Shown here piece by piece: positions 37,936-50,723 of a stretch of DNA of 54,713 bases; position 1 is the first letter of the stretch; each line of letters begins with the position of its first letter. The DNA is taken from NCBI RefSeq assembly GCF_004010195.1, contig NC_057718.1, positions 23,768,287 to 23,822,999 of the forward strand, given 5' to 3'. Made by a program: the position numbers and the translations under genes. The notes under the pieces are model-generated. The model was given only the letters and a program-made list of their open reading frames with translations. It did no database searches and was not told where the DNA came from. The DNA is from Chiloscyllium plagiosum. Its lineage: Eukaryota.

Positions 37936-38919
37936 CAGCTCAAAAATATAGTCATTTTTGTGGGTGGCAGAGCTAATAAGAGCAAATACAGAATGTTGTT
38001 ATGACTGAGCTGTTAGTCCCACCATTCCACTGATCACAACATGTATTCAAATCCTTAACCCAGTTACCAATATGGACAGCAATATACTTTATTTACATTA
38101 GGGGCAAAATAAAATGATCTGCTGACTATGTTTTAAAAGACAAAACTACTGAATTATTATAACTAAGATGCAATATACTTCAGTAAATAATCCACACACA
38201 CATGTGGTTGTCTCCAGAATACAGAACCAGTTCATTTATGATGTCAAGAGGAAATCTTCTCTCGAAGCCCTTCAGCTGGATTAGCTTTCTCAGCCCTTTT
38301 TTTGCCTTTTTCTTTAAAAAAAAGTGTCCCTTTAGCAATGTTTAAAGGTAAACAAGCTCAGATTTTTCTTCAATTGAGTCAATTTTCAGAATCCATCAGA
38401 ACTGAGTCCTCCAAAATTACTAACAAAGGAAGTGCCTCAGTGACACTACTGTAAAATAGTTTCTATTTCAGAAAGTTGGAACAAAAAGAAACCATTTTCC
38501 AACTTCAGGGAATGTTGTGGTATATTTCTATTTGTTTCCATTCCATGCACTTGCCAACCCCACAGCCCATAATTATTTACCAATTGGTTGAGCACATAAA
38601 TATTTTCCAAATAGAATATTAAATACCACAGCTCCCATTGCATCTGACAATGTCTCCTCAATCTCAAAAGGCACCTGATTGTGTTGCAATGAACAAAATT
38701 GTAATTTATTTAAATATTATTAATTTTTTAAAAATCTGTGCTTTTTTTCAAGGATGACGCTTTGAAATGGGGTTGATTATAGAGATCTTATGGCACCAGA
38801 GAGGCCATTTGGTCTTTTGAAGTCCTGTCACCTCTCTGCAGAACAATTCAGCCAGTCTCATTTTTCACACTCTATCTGTACCCCTGCAATTATTTCTCTC
38901 AAATGCCCAGGGAATCCCA

Positions 38920-39120
38920 AAAGTGTGAAAACAGGCCATTCAGCCCAATTGGTCTACACTGACCCTCTGAAGAGCATTCCACCCAAGCCCAACCCCCTAT
39001 CCTATATTTCCCATGGCTTTCCCACCCAGCCTGCACATCCCCGAACGTTATGGGCAATTTAGCATTGGCAGTCCATTTTACCTGCAGATCTTTGGACTAT
39101 GAGAGGAAACTGGAGCACCC
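38920..39120 (-). mobile_element. HE1-type SINE 3' part
   Basis: Tail and the end of the V-domain; head absent. Confidence 0.75.
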
Positions 39121-39293
39121 CTTCAAATACCTTTTAAAATTATTGCTCCTACCACCTTCTGAGGCACTCATTGTGTCTAAAAAAAGTTTTTTTCCTCACA
39201 TCCTTCCTACATAAATTGACAATGCATGAAATTTGTATTAAACATATCTAAATAAATATTGTCATCTCAATTTCATTTTCTTTCATTGCTTTT

Positions 39294-39575
39294 GGAACAT
39301 AGAACATAGAACAGTACAGCACAGAACAGGCCGTTCAGCCCACGATGTTGTGCCGACCATTGATCCTCAAATTTCTGTGACCATATGCATGTCCAGCAGT
39401 CTCTTAAATGTCCCCAATGACCTTGTTTCCACAACTGCTGCTGCCAACGCATTCCATGTTCTCTCAACTCTCTGTGTAAAGAACCCGCCTCTGACATCCC
39501 CTCTATACGTTCCTCCAACCAGCTTAAAACTATGACCCCTAGTGTTAGCCATTTCTGCCCTGGGAAATAGTCTCT
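39294..39575 (-). mobile_element. Young 5'-truncated CR1 LINE
   Basis: TRGHSFKLVGGTYRGDVRGGFFTQRVERTWNAL..FKRLLDMHM with an (ATGTTCT)n tail. Confidence 0.92.
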
Positions 39576-40529
39576 TTTAATGGTAAGTCAGTTGGTGGTA
39601 ACTCCAATCATCCTCAGGTCAGCAATAGAATGAATTTGCTCGATCATCTGCTGTAATGTATTGGAATCAAAACTGCTTTTTGCCCCCAAACAATAGTGTT
39701 GCACTTTAGAAATCATTCATCGCTGTAAATATGTTTTGTTGTAAGGACCATAGCAGGTGCTTAATAAAAGCATTTTTTTAAAATAGTCCCTTTATTATGC
39801 ATTAAACCTTAAAACAAAATGCAGACAATGCCTATATGAAAAAAATACATCCAACCTGGTTTTGCAAAGCTTGGCAGTTAACTGTCGGTCATCCAACTGG
39901 TGCAGCCTCCATGGCAATGCCTCTATCAGAGTCGCATTTCCCAAACAATCAGGGTATTATCAAATGTATGAAGTTGTTATTCCCTTTACATTGGTATTCT
40001 TGCAGATATCCTGTTGAGTGAAAGACAAAAAAGCTCAGACAAAACGCATACATTTTTTTCCCCAATGCTTATAAAAAAATTCTGTTTCGATTATTGAATT
40101 CTTTTCAGTGTGAACAAAGCCAACTTGCATTTTATGTTACACTTTTATCAGAAAAACAAAGTGATTCTTCTGAGTGGGGCATGTGGAGAGATGCTTTGTA
40201 TAGTCCTTACAAAACTCACAATGCACTGGTCTAAGGTCCTGCATAAAAAGAGCCATCAAAAGCTGCAAGAGCAACTCTAGTCAGTCAGTTCACTGAAACT
40301 GACCTGGTTTTCATTAAGAGGACTTACCAGATCATTATTCTGGAGCCTTGAGGATAAAGGATCTGCCTTATACCACAAGATAAGATTCAATTATCCCCCA
40401 GTTGCATACATGGGTCATCCATAAAATTAAAAGACCATTCTAGAGATTTGCATCAAGCTATTCTCTGATCTATGACTATATAAACAATTTAAAATGAAAT
40501 GGTTTCAATTTATTTTTGATTAGTTCACT

Positions 40530-40915
40530 AGATATGGGATGAAGGGGGATCTCATTTGAAATTTACAGAATACTGACAGATCAGGATAGAATGGACGTGG
40601 AGAAGATGTTTCCGCTAGTAGGAGAGACCAAGGGCATAGCCTCAAAGTGAAGGAACGATGCTTTAGAACTGAGATGAGGAGAAATTTCCTCAACCAGAGG
40701 GTGGTTAATCTGTGGAATGCATTTCGGCAAAAGGCCGTGGAGGCCAAGTCTTTCATTGTATATAAGACAGAGTTAGGTGGCGTCTTGATTGGTAAGAAGA
40801 TCAAGAGTTACAGGGAGAAGAGAGGAGAATGAGAGTTGAGAAACATATCAACCATGACCGAATGATGCAGCAGACTCAATGGGCAGAATGGCTGAACTCT
40901 CCTCTTATGTTCTAT
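40530..40915 (+). mobile_element. CR1 LINE 3' fragment
   Basis: FRTEMRRNFLNQRVVNLWNA motif followed by the 3' UTR. Confidence 0.88.
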
Positions 40916-41144
40916 TTTGTAATCTTATCTACATGAACTAAATAGGGACCTGAAAAAAACCTTTAATGTATAAAAAAAATCTATATGTTTAGCACTTTCA
41001 TCCAGGACATAATATTTCCAAGGAGCTCCTCAGAGTGGAAGCAGTTGGTTGTGTGAAGCTCATCTGATATCACTGCATCTCTCAAGGATATTCTAAAGCT
41101 GCCAGCTCCAGGAGAAATTGTACATAGAATAAATTCAACCAGAG

Positions 41145-42335
41145 TCAAAGAAATATATAGCATATAAACAAATCTTTCAGACCAACTCGTCCATGCTGAC
41201 CAGCTACCCTACATTACTCTAGTTCCATTTGCCAGTATTTGGCCCACATCCCTCTAAACCCATCCTATTCATAGAACATAGAACATAGAAGAATACAGCG
41301 CAGTACAGGCCCTTCGGCCCTCGATGTTGCGCCGATGCAAGCCCACCTACCCTACACTAGCCCACTATCCTCCATATGCCTATCCAATGCCCGCTTAAAT
41401 GCCCATAATGAGGGAGAGTCCACCACTGCTACTGGCAGGGCATTCCATGAACTCACGACTCGCTGAGTAAAGAACCTACCCCTAACATCTGTCCTATACC
41501 TACCCCCCCTTAATTTAAAGCTATGCCCCCTATCCAAATGTACCTATCCAGATGCCCTTTAAATGTTGTAACAGTACCAGCCTCCACCACTTCTTCTGGC
41601 AGCTCATTCCATATACGCACCACCCTTTACATGAAAAAGTTGCCTCTTAGATCCCTTTTATATCTTTCCCCTCTCACCTTAAACCTATGCCCTCTAGTTT
41701 TGGACACCTCCACACCAGGGAAAACACCTTGTCTATTTACCCTATCCATGCCCTTCATAATTTTATAAATCTCTATAAGGTCAACCCTCATCTTCTGATG
41801 CTCCAAGGAAAATAGCCCCAGCTTATTCATCCTCTCCCTATAGCTCAAATTCTCCAATCCTGGCAACATCATTGTAAATCTTTTCTGAACCCTTTCAAAT
41901 TTCATAATATCCTTCCTATAGGAGGGAGACCAGAATTGCACGCAATATTCCAAAAGTGGCCTAACCAATGTCCTGTACAGCCACAACACGACCTCCCAAC
42001 TCCTTTACTCAATACTCTGACCGATAAAGGAAAGCATACCAAATGCCTTCTTCACTATCCTATCTACCTGTGACTCCACTTTCAAGGAGCTACATAATCT
42101 GCACTTGAAGATCTCTTTGTTCAGCAACACTCCCTAGGACATTACCATTAAGTGTTTTAGTCCTGCCCTGATTTGCCTTTCCAGAATGCAGCATCTTGCA
42201 TTTATCTAAATTAAACTCCATCTGTCACTCCTCGCCAATTGGCCCATCTGATCAAGATCCCGCTATACACTGAGATAACATTCTTCACTGTCCACTACAC
42301 TTCCAATTTTGGTGTCATCTGCAAACTTCCTATCA
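41145..42335 (-). mobile_element. CR1 LINE 3' about 0.9 kb, from the RT FADD motif to the tail
   Basis: KFADDTKIG at about 42305-42328 and LYRTLVRPLLEYCVQFWSP. Confidence 0.93.
41271..41530 (-). mobile_element. Young CR1 3' fragment nested in an older CR1 tail
   Basis: RGHSFKLRGGRYRTDVRGRFFTQRVVSSWNALP with an (ATGTTCT)n tail; matches 1-198. Confidence 0.92.
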
Positions 42336-42619
42336 TCTATGGTTTCTAATAAAATAGGCACCATTTTTCGAATGAAGAATCAGTGAAGATCCTACAATGG
42401 CAGTCTGAAGTTGGTAACTTTCACGTATGATCTTGTCTGTGCTATGAAGAGGTACTTCATAGAGTGAAGGGACAAAACAAGCAGGTCAGCCATGCAGTGC
42501 ACACACTTCCAAGATTTCCACTTTGTTGATTACAATCCATAACCAGCTCTTCTGCATGCCCACTAAAGTTGAAAGATTGTTTTCTTTCGTCAGCCCAGGT
42601 TCTATGTTGGCACTGTTCT

Positions 42620-42975
42620 GTTGTGAGTCAGCTGGTAGAGAGTTTGAATCCATGCCTGTGCAATACTGAGGGAGTGTAGCACTCTCACAGGCTCTGTTTA
42701 TCTTTTCAATGTGATGTAGCTGATCACAAATACAGGAAGAAGAGGGGAGGAAGTTTTTAACAGGGCTTTGGCCTCCAGTTATCATCCTGCAGCATCACTT
42801 AAGCGTAAAGTAAGCCCATTAATCTTGGTGTTATTTGTAGGGCCTTGATGTGCACAAATTGGCTGCTGTTACCCAGCATTGCATCAGTGACTGTATTACA
42901 AAAGTATTTTATTAATTGTAAAAGCCTTTGAGATGTCTTGAGGTTTTTGAAGGCAGCTATTAAATTACAAATTCT
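42620..42975 (+). mobile_element. Deu-domain SINE, degraded
   Basis: gtgcaatactgagggagtgtagcact...gaagaggggag...gtgcacaaattggctgct...aaagcctttgagatgtcttgagg. Confidence 0.65.
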
Positions 42976-43230
42976 TTCCTGTAGATTTCCTGTGGTCTTT
43001 AATAACTAATTAAATATACATGTTGATGAAGGTTGAATATTATTCTAGTATTAACCCTGCCCCACCATGATCAAATAATCTTTGACCCTTGGTTGTTTGG
43101 AGTGGGTTGGCAGGAAAGTTACTGGGGTATATTTAAACTCAAGTGGAGGTATATAAGGGAGACCGGAGTTTACTGAAGAAGGAAATCAAGCGGGTAAAAG
43201 GGGGCACGCAAAAGCCTTGGCTGAGAAGAT

Positions 43231-43421
43231 GAGAGTCAAAAGCACAGCAGGTCAGGTGGCAACCTAGGAGCAGGAGAGCCCTTCATTAGACATTCCTGAT
43301 GAAGAGCTTATGCCCAAAATGTCAACTATCCTGCTCCTCAGATGCTGCCTGACCGGCTGTGCTTTTCCAACACCACCCTTTTTGACTCTGACTCTCCAGT
43401 ATCTGCAGTCCTCACTTTCTC
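43231..43421. mobile_element. Short fold-back PLE terminal-repeat insertion
   Basis: 10-bp TSD ctgagaagat at 43221-43230 and 43422-43431. Confidence 0.85.
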
Positions 43422-43617
43422 CTGAGAAGATTACAGTGAATCCAAAGAGGTTCTTTAAGTACAATAAAGAAGAATAACTAGAAAGAGAATAGCAACCCTC
43501 AAGGACCAAAGTAGGCATATATGTGTAGGACCACAGGAGGTCCTCAATGAATATTTCTCCTCTGTGTTTACCGTGGAGAAAGAAATAAGACTTGGGAAGT
43601 TGGGGAAGTTAATGGTA

Positions 43618-43824
43618 CAGGAAGTCCCCAGGTTATGATTACCTGACTAATGAACATCCCATACTTACGAACCAACCTCCTGCTTGCCATTTTTTAAAAA
43701 TCTGAGTTATGTACAATGTTTTGTCCTAACAAACTGGCAGACTAATTAGCCCGTATCTATTCTGACACACACACAAATTTTGTGTATGAACAGTGGAACT
43801 CGTTCGTAACCTGGGGACTTCCTG
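43618..43824. mobile_element. Tc1/mariner (Tigger/pogo-like) MITE, 207 bp
   Basis: Perfect 18-bp TIRs caggaagtccccaggtta / taacctggggacttcctg, flanked by TA on both sides. Confidence 0.92.
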
Positions 43825-45908
43825 TAATATCTTGGGCACAGTCCATATCACAGAGAAGAGGTATTAGACATATTAGAATGTAAGAAGGGTGGATAAATCT
43901 CCTGGTCCTGACCATATGTATCCAGGAACACTGCAAGAAGCTACAGAAGAAATTGCAGGGGCCCTGGCTGATATTTTTGTATCATCGTTAGCCATGGGTG
44001 AGGTCCCGGTAGATTGGAGGGTAGCAAATATTGTGCCATTATTCAGGAAGGGTTGCAAAGAAAAACCTGGGAACTACAGGCCAGTAAGCCTAACATCTGT
44101 GGTAGGTAGATTACTTGAGAAGATTCTGAGAGATAAGTTATACATGCAATTGGAAAGACAGGATTTGATTAGGAGTAGTCAATATGCTTTGTGTGTGGGA
44201 GATCATGCCTCACAAATTTGTTAGAGTTCTTTGATGAAGTGACCAGGAAGGTTGATAAGGACAGGATGGTAGATGTAGTCTACATGGATTTGAGGTTTCA
44301 CATGGTAGGCTGCCCTGGAAGGTTAGATTGCATGGAATCCAGGGAGAACTGGCAAATTGAATACACAATTGATTTGATGGTAGGAAGCAGAGGGTGATAG
44401 TGGATGGATACTTGTCGGATAGCAGGCCTATGATAAGTGGAGTGCCTCGAATCAATGCTTGGCACATTGCTGTTTGTTATCTACATTAATGATTTGGATG
44501 AGAATGTACAAGGCATGATTAGTAAGTTTGCAGATGACACTAAAGTAGGCAGACAGTGAGAAATGTTCTCAGAAATTGCAGCAGGACCTTGATCAGCTGG
44601 GGAAGTGGGCCAAGAAATGGCAGATGGAGTTTAATATAGATTAGCGTGAGGTCTTGCATTTTGTAAAGTCAAATCAAGGTAGAAGTTTCATGGTGAATGG
44701 TAGGGCCTTTAAGAGTGTAGTGAAACAGAAGGATCTTGGAGTTCAGGTGCACAATTCTCTGAAAGTGGAGTCACAGGTAGACAGGGCAGTGAAGAAGGCT
44801 TTTGGCACACTGGCCTTCATCAGTGAGGACATTGAGTATAGAAGTTGGGAAGTTATGTTGCAGTTGTACAGGACTTTGGTGAGGCCGCACTTGGAGGATT
44901 GTATTCAGTTTTGGTCACCTTGCTATAGGAAGGATGTTATTAAACTGGAAAGAGTGCAGAAGAAATTTACAAGGATGTTGCCAGGACTCAATGGTCTGAG
45001 TTATAGGGAGAGGTTGAACAAGCTAGGATTTATTTCTTTAGAGCATGGGAAACGGAAGGGGGATCTTCTCTAAGTGTATAAAATCATGGGAGGCCTGGAT
45101 AGGGTGAATGCACTTAGTCTTTTTCCCAGGGTTGGGGAATGAATGCATTCCAGGCAGCAACCGTGGGCTGACTGGCAGCTGCTAGCAATGCAGCCAGTAG
45201 AAGAATTCTAGGCCCAAAGATGAGTGAGAGTGGCATTGGTTTCATGGGTATGAATCACTGGGGTTGAGGGATGTTGGGGTTGACATCAAGGGCAGAGGAG
45301 GGGGGTGGGAGTCATGCCTAGCAAGTCCTCTCTTCCCAATTCCAGGTCCCTAAATCAGCCACAGAGCACCATTGAGCAAGGAACTGCTCTGGTAAGCCTC
45401 AATCAGGTTTGCTGTTCAGGTTTCCTGCATTAATTGGGTACAATCACCAGCCTACCCACCATGGACTTAATCAGACCAGAGGTGAGAAGGTATCTGGGCC
45501 ACAGGCCACCATGCTCTCACCTGTTGGAAATGATAATGGGTCTGAAAGGTTTAAGTTGGGAAACTGATTAAGCTCCACCAAGGCTGATGATGTCATCTAG
45601 GATTTGGTGGGGATAAAACAGAACATCATAAGCACCTCATGCAGTGAAAGCCCATGTCCTCAGGTCTTCTTAGAATTTTAGTAACAATGGACTACTTGGG
45701 CATTGGTGAGAGATTTCAGAGAATCAAGTGAGATTGGGCTGAGAGGCTTCCCACCATCAAGAGCAAAACATCCACTTCCTGACCAAATACAGTCATAGAG
45801 TCATAGAGATGTATAGCACAGAAACAGACCCTTTGGTCCAACTCATCAACGCTGACCAGATAACCTATATAAATCTGGTCCCACCTGCCAGCACCCGGCC
45901 CACATCCC

Positions 45909-46014
45909 TCCAAACCCTTCCTATTCATATGCCCATCCAGATGCCTCCAAACCCTTCCTATTCATATACCCATCCAGATTTCCAAACCCTTCCTATTCAT
46001 ATACCCATCCAGAT
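45909..46014. repeat. Three tandem copies of a 34-bp CR1 segment
   Basis: tccaaacccttcctattcatat(g/a)cccatccagat at 45909, 45946 and 45981. Confidence 0.9.
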
Positions 46015-46052
46015 GCCTTTTAAAAAACAGTCTCCACTACTCCCTCTAGCAG

Positions 46053-46239
46053 GTCTGGCAGCATCTGAGGAGCAGGAGAATTGACGTTTCATGCTGGAGT
46101 CTTTCATCAGGGTTGCTGTTGAAGGGCTCCGGCCTGAAAGGTCGATTTTCTTGCTGCTTGGATGCTGCCTGACCTGCTATGCTTTTCCAGTAACAAACCT
46201 TTGACTCTGAACTCCAGCACCTGCAGTCCTCACTTTCTC
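46053..46239. mobile_element. Short fold-back PLE terminal-repeat insertion within a CR1
   Basis: Flanking near-repeat ctactccctctagcag / ctacttcctctggcag; two opposed degenerate hammerhead cores. Confidence 0.78.
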
Positions 46240-47543
46240 CTACTTCCTCTGGCAGCTCATTCCATACACGCACCACTCTTTGTGTGTAAAAGATGGCCCT
46301 TAGATCCCTTTTATACCTTTCCACTCATACCTTAAATCTGTGCTGTCTAGTTCTGGACACCCCCACCCCAGGGAAAAGACTTTGTCTATTTATCCTATCC
46401 ATGCCCCTCATAATTTTATAAACCTCTATAAGGTCACCCCTCAGCCTCCAATGCTCCAAGGAAAGCAACCTTAGCCTATTCAGCCTCTTCCTGTAGCTCA
46501 AATCCTCCAACTCTAGCAATATCGTTTGTAAATATTTTCTGGACTCTTTCCAGTTTCACAACATCCTTCCTGTATCAGGGAGACCAGAATTGCACACAAT
46601 ATTCCAAATGAGGGTGAACCAATGTCCTATACAGCCACAATGTGACCTCCCAACGTCTATACTCAGTGCACTGACCAAGCATACCAAATGCCTTCTTCAT
46701 TATCCTGTATTTCTGTGACTCCACTTGCAAGGAGCTATGAACCTACACTTCAAGGTCTTTTTGTGTAGCAATGTTGAATGACAAAAGCTACCTGCTCCTC
46801 CAGACATGCATCAGTCTTAGACATCTCACAGCACACTCGATGGGCAGTAACTGCAAGCAGCCCTTGGTCCAGTCTGACCCTCAGGTCCCTGTAGGCGAAG
46901 TAGGGCACCAAATTCCTTCTGTTTGATCTGCCTTGGGGTCAATTGATAGGAACTGCGCAGAGCTGCTGTGGACTGCCAACACTTGGCTGGGTGCATGAAT
47001 GCCACTTAAAGATGGCACCTGTGCCAGAAATCCCAGAGTTGGCAAGTGGGAGAAAGTGATAAGCAGAGCACCTTGAGGGAATGGTGCACAGGTGACAAGG
47101 CAAGATTGGGAAGATAGCTCGAGAAAACTCACACATTCTCTTGGAGAGAAATCTTCCATGAAACTTAACACTTTTCCAGTTTTTGGTAACGTTCACCTCA
47201 GTGTCTGATGAACAATTGTCACTTGTATCTAATCATTATCATGCAATAAACTACATCTTCTTCCTTCTACCCCTAAAGAACACACTGTCCCCATAAACGT
47301 CTAAACTCTCCTTGAGCATTAGGTTCCACTCAGAGAGATTTCAAAAGAGGTCCAACACATGTAAATGAAGGATGACAGCATCTCTTTCAAGAAACAGTCG
47401 TCTGTTTTGCCCTTTCGTTTTGACTGTTGGGCACTTCAAACAATTAATGCAAGTGCAAAGGACAGTGACAGCTGCAGCTGTTAGTAAAGTGATGTTAATA
47501 GTCTGAAGAGTCCCAGCAGCAGCTAGTATGAAATGGAGCCTGA

Positions 47544-47827
47544 CACTATCAACTGTCCTTTTAACAATTATCTTATACGGATAATTCAATATCTGCCACC
47601 TACTTAAATTAATCTGCTGTGGGTAGAAATTGTTTATAATACCCACAGCATTTGAGAACATAATTCGTTCTCACTGTTTGGCTGGAGGAATTGTCCCGTC
47701 ACTTTTTCTCGTATTGGATTCAAACACATTTTATTTCAAAAGAAAACAGCACCTCGTATCACCATTTATCTGTGTGTGACAATCTGCACCACTGAGGCCT
47801 AAAGGGCAGTTGACAATGAACCGAGGC
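47544..47827. repeat. Multi-hairpin element with imperfect outer inverted repeats
   Basis: Outer IR 47544-47561 / 47801-47818 (15/18 match) enclosing perfect 7-, 11- and 7-bp stems. Confidence 0.6.
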
Positions 47828-48899
47828 AATGTGATTCATTTACAAACAGTTCTTCAGCTTATGACTGCATATGTTCACCTATTACACTGAGGATTGTAGT
47901 ATGGAGCTCTCATAGCCATTAATGTTTTCAGGAAGCATTAAATGTTAGAAATATAAATGTTGAGTCTGGAACTTGTGTTTCTGTGTTGCTGTTAAATTCA
48001 CTTCTCAGATATTTGATGGCCTGGTTAACAGGTTATCTCCATTGCAGGTTTAGAGAGAGAGGAATACACAAGTATTCCTCTGTCCTGTATCATTTAATAA
48101 TATTTCTGATTTTTCTCACTCATATGAAATTGTAACTATGCTAATGTACATTGAGTCCAGATAGAGCTACTTCAGTCACTTTAGAGGAATTTCTTTTGTA
48201 TAGACACAGCAGTGCATAAAAGGAAGCCATTCAGCCTATCCAATCTGTGCTGACTTGTTCTTAGAACCATTCAACTCGGCCTGCACCTCCTATTCTTTCC
48301 CAATGTCCTTGAATTCTTTTCCTCTCAAGTATTTATTCATTTCTGTTATGTTGGTGCTTCCGCAGAACCAGGAATTATATACAGGTAGATAAATGGTAAA
48401 TCTGAACAGGAACACAATTATGATGCTCACACTTTCATAGCTGGCTCTCACCTAGACCCAAGCTCTGCCCCTCTGGGTTACCTGACCAACTCTCTTAAAG
48501 GGGCAGCATCCCCAACTACATACATAACAATTTCCCTTTTGAAGGGGACATTGCATCCATCGTCCTATTAGTGTATTGAAATCTTAACTTTTTCCTCCAG
48601 TTGCCTTTGGTTCTTTTGTTGATCACCTTGAATCTGTGAGCTAAGCCCTTGGCTACATCAGGGTCTGTTTGTGTGGCTAACTATACATGCCATCTAGAAC
48701 TGACTGCAAAGTGCAGCAAGCTCTAACCTGCCTCTGCATCTTGCCGACACCTAACAGATAGAGATTTTTAGGCAAATACCTCAAAAATGTTAAGTAAAAC
48801 ATGCAAGATTGCCACATGTGAAGACACCCAGGGACCAAGTGGTGAGAGTGGGTCTGGAAGGTCAAGTGTTGGTCTGGCCCTAATTCACCAGCAACAGAA

Positions 48900-49035
48900 T
48901 TCCAAGAAGAGTCCTACCAGACCCGAAACATGAGCAATGTTTCTCTCCCTGCAGATGATGCCAGACCTTGCTGGGTTTCTCCACCATTCTCTGTGTTCGT
49001 TTCAGATATCCAGCATCTGCAGTATTTTGCTTTTG
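48900..49035 (+). mobile_element. Older PLE terminal repeat
   Basis: gaagagtc...gacccgaaac...gatgatgccagacc...tccagcatctgcagtattttgctttt. Confidence 0.65.
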
Positions 49036-49223
49036 TAGATAAAGTGATTCCACAATTCAATGTCAGGGGAAGTCAGACCAGTGGTGAAATCACTGGTGAA
49101 ATCATTGTAGTGGTTCAAAATGTAATTTAAGTGGACAATATGAAGACAATTATTTTCTCAGAAGTTGCCATATATTGGGAATAACCCTGCCTCGTAAAGT
49201 AGGAGGCTCAAATAAAGACTTTA

Positions 49224-49539
49224 AGATTAGATTCCCTACAGTGTGGAAATAGGCCCTTCAGCTCAACAAGTCCACACTGGCCCTCTGAAGAGTAACCCAC
49301 CCAAACCCCTTTTCCCTCTGACTAATGCACCTAACACTATGAGCAATTTAGCATGGCCAATTCACCTCGCCTGCACATCTTTGGACTGTGGGAGGAAACA
49401 GGAGCACCTGGAGGAAACCCATGCAGACACAGGGAGAATGTGCAAACTCCACACAGACAGTCACCTGAGGTTAGAATTGAACCTGGGACCCTGGTGTTGT
49501 AAGACAGCAATGCCAACCACTGAGCTACCATGCTGCCCC
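49224..49539 (-). mobile_element. HE1-type V-SINE (full length)
   Basis: Head, complete V-domain and (AATCT)n tail. Confidence 0.92.
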
Positions 49540-50723
49540 TGGGGCTTTAGAGGATTTCCAAATTTAGCTGGAGTTTAAGTCAGGTGTATTGCTGTGCTAC
49601 CAACCACAGGCTTAAGTGAGACAAAGATCCTATATTATCAGGTTTGCACTGAGTTTGCTGGTGAAGTATTAAATGACAACACTCTAAAACAGTTCGAATA
49701 AGAATTTGTTAAATACCTTTCTCAGAGATTAAGATGATAAACCATGAATATTGAAGCTGTGAAATAAGATCAGAAAATTCTGGAATTACGTTGCATTTGA
49801 AAGGTAGAAGAGGAGTTTCAGGTTGGGCCACTTCATCACTTTAAAATAAACCTGACTTTAAAGTAAACATGGAAAGTAAAATTTCCATGTTTAAAATAGT
49901 TGATCTGTGTAGTGCTATACAAACGCCTGTTAGTAAATTGCTTATGCAGTTTTGGAATGGCACCAATGCATAAAATACATAGCTTTAACAGTTGGGATAC
50001 CAAAGTTCTATTGCCTTTAGAAACGTGTGATGGTACGTTGTAGAACAAGAGGTGGGATTGACCATGAGATATAAGGGTTTAACTGCTGCCTTTGTTCACT
50101 AGCAGCTTTGTGCTGCATCAGTTAAATACCCTCCCAACCACCAGGAATGCGAACTCTTCTATTCCTCTCTCAAATCTGTTGGTTGTTTTCTTTATTCAAA
50201 CTTTATTATTTACTTTGCCTGGCCCCGATATTGGACACCTTGATTGGAACAGAAATAAAACTCAAATTAAGACCATGAAAGAGTAAAACTGGAACAATGT
50301 ATTCATTGGATTTAAAAGTAGCAGAAGGCCATGTGTTTCTGTGAGCCTGCTCTGCCATTCAGTATTGTTTACAGTTTAAAAAAAATTACTTCTTTCTTTG
50401 TGCTGAATAATAAAAGTCACTATCTTGCATGTTTTAGGAACAATGAATCCAAAGAAATACATTGAAATTGTTTCTCCTTGATTTCTTATGTAAAGAAAAT
50501 GCAGACAGTAAACAATAGTGTCCAAGTCAGGCTGGTTGTATGGTATTTATTTAATGCTGTTATGTTCTGCCCTTTCTCCAATTACTTTTGCCACTCCTCC
50601 TCCTCCTCTTCCTCCCCCCTTCAAGGTAAGACTCACTGTTCATGTGTTGTTTTTTCCTCTGCTACCTCTTTAAGTGGTGATTCTCAATCTGTGAGTATTG
50701 GCATTAATGCTTAACTTGGAACC

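Larger units (their letters stand above)
43125..45140 (+). mobile_element. CR1 LINE ORF2 RT region, decayed, with two nested insertions
   Basis: KSPGPD..YP..L, VPVDWRVANIVPLFRKG..PGNYRPVSLTSVVG, GRSCLTNLLEFF, KFADDTK, LYRTLVRPHLE. Confidence 0.95.
45790..46770 (-). mobile_element. CR1 LINE 3' fragment
   Basis: LSYRKRLNRL..RLRGDLIEVYKIMRG motif and a (CTATGACT)n tail. Confidence 0.9.

Noticed and set aside
45909..46014. 34-bp repeats as a CRISPR array
   Set aside because: There are no spacers, the unit is CR1 sequence, and the context is eukaryotic.
47341..47661. 106-aa minus-strand ORF over the hairpin element
   Set aside because: No recognisable domain or splice context; the structure is better explained at the DNA/RNA level.
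49224..49539. tRNA-like A/B boxes here and in other SINE heads as tRNA genes
   Set aside because: They continue into V-domain, Deu-domain or LINE-derived tails and lack a complete cloverleaf.
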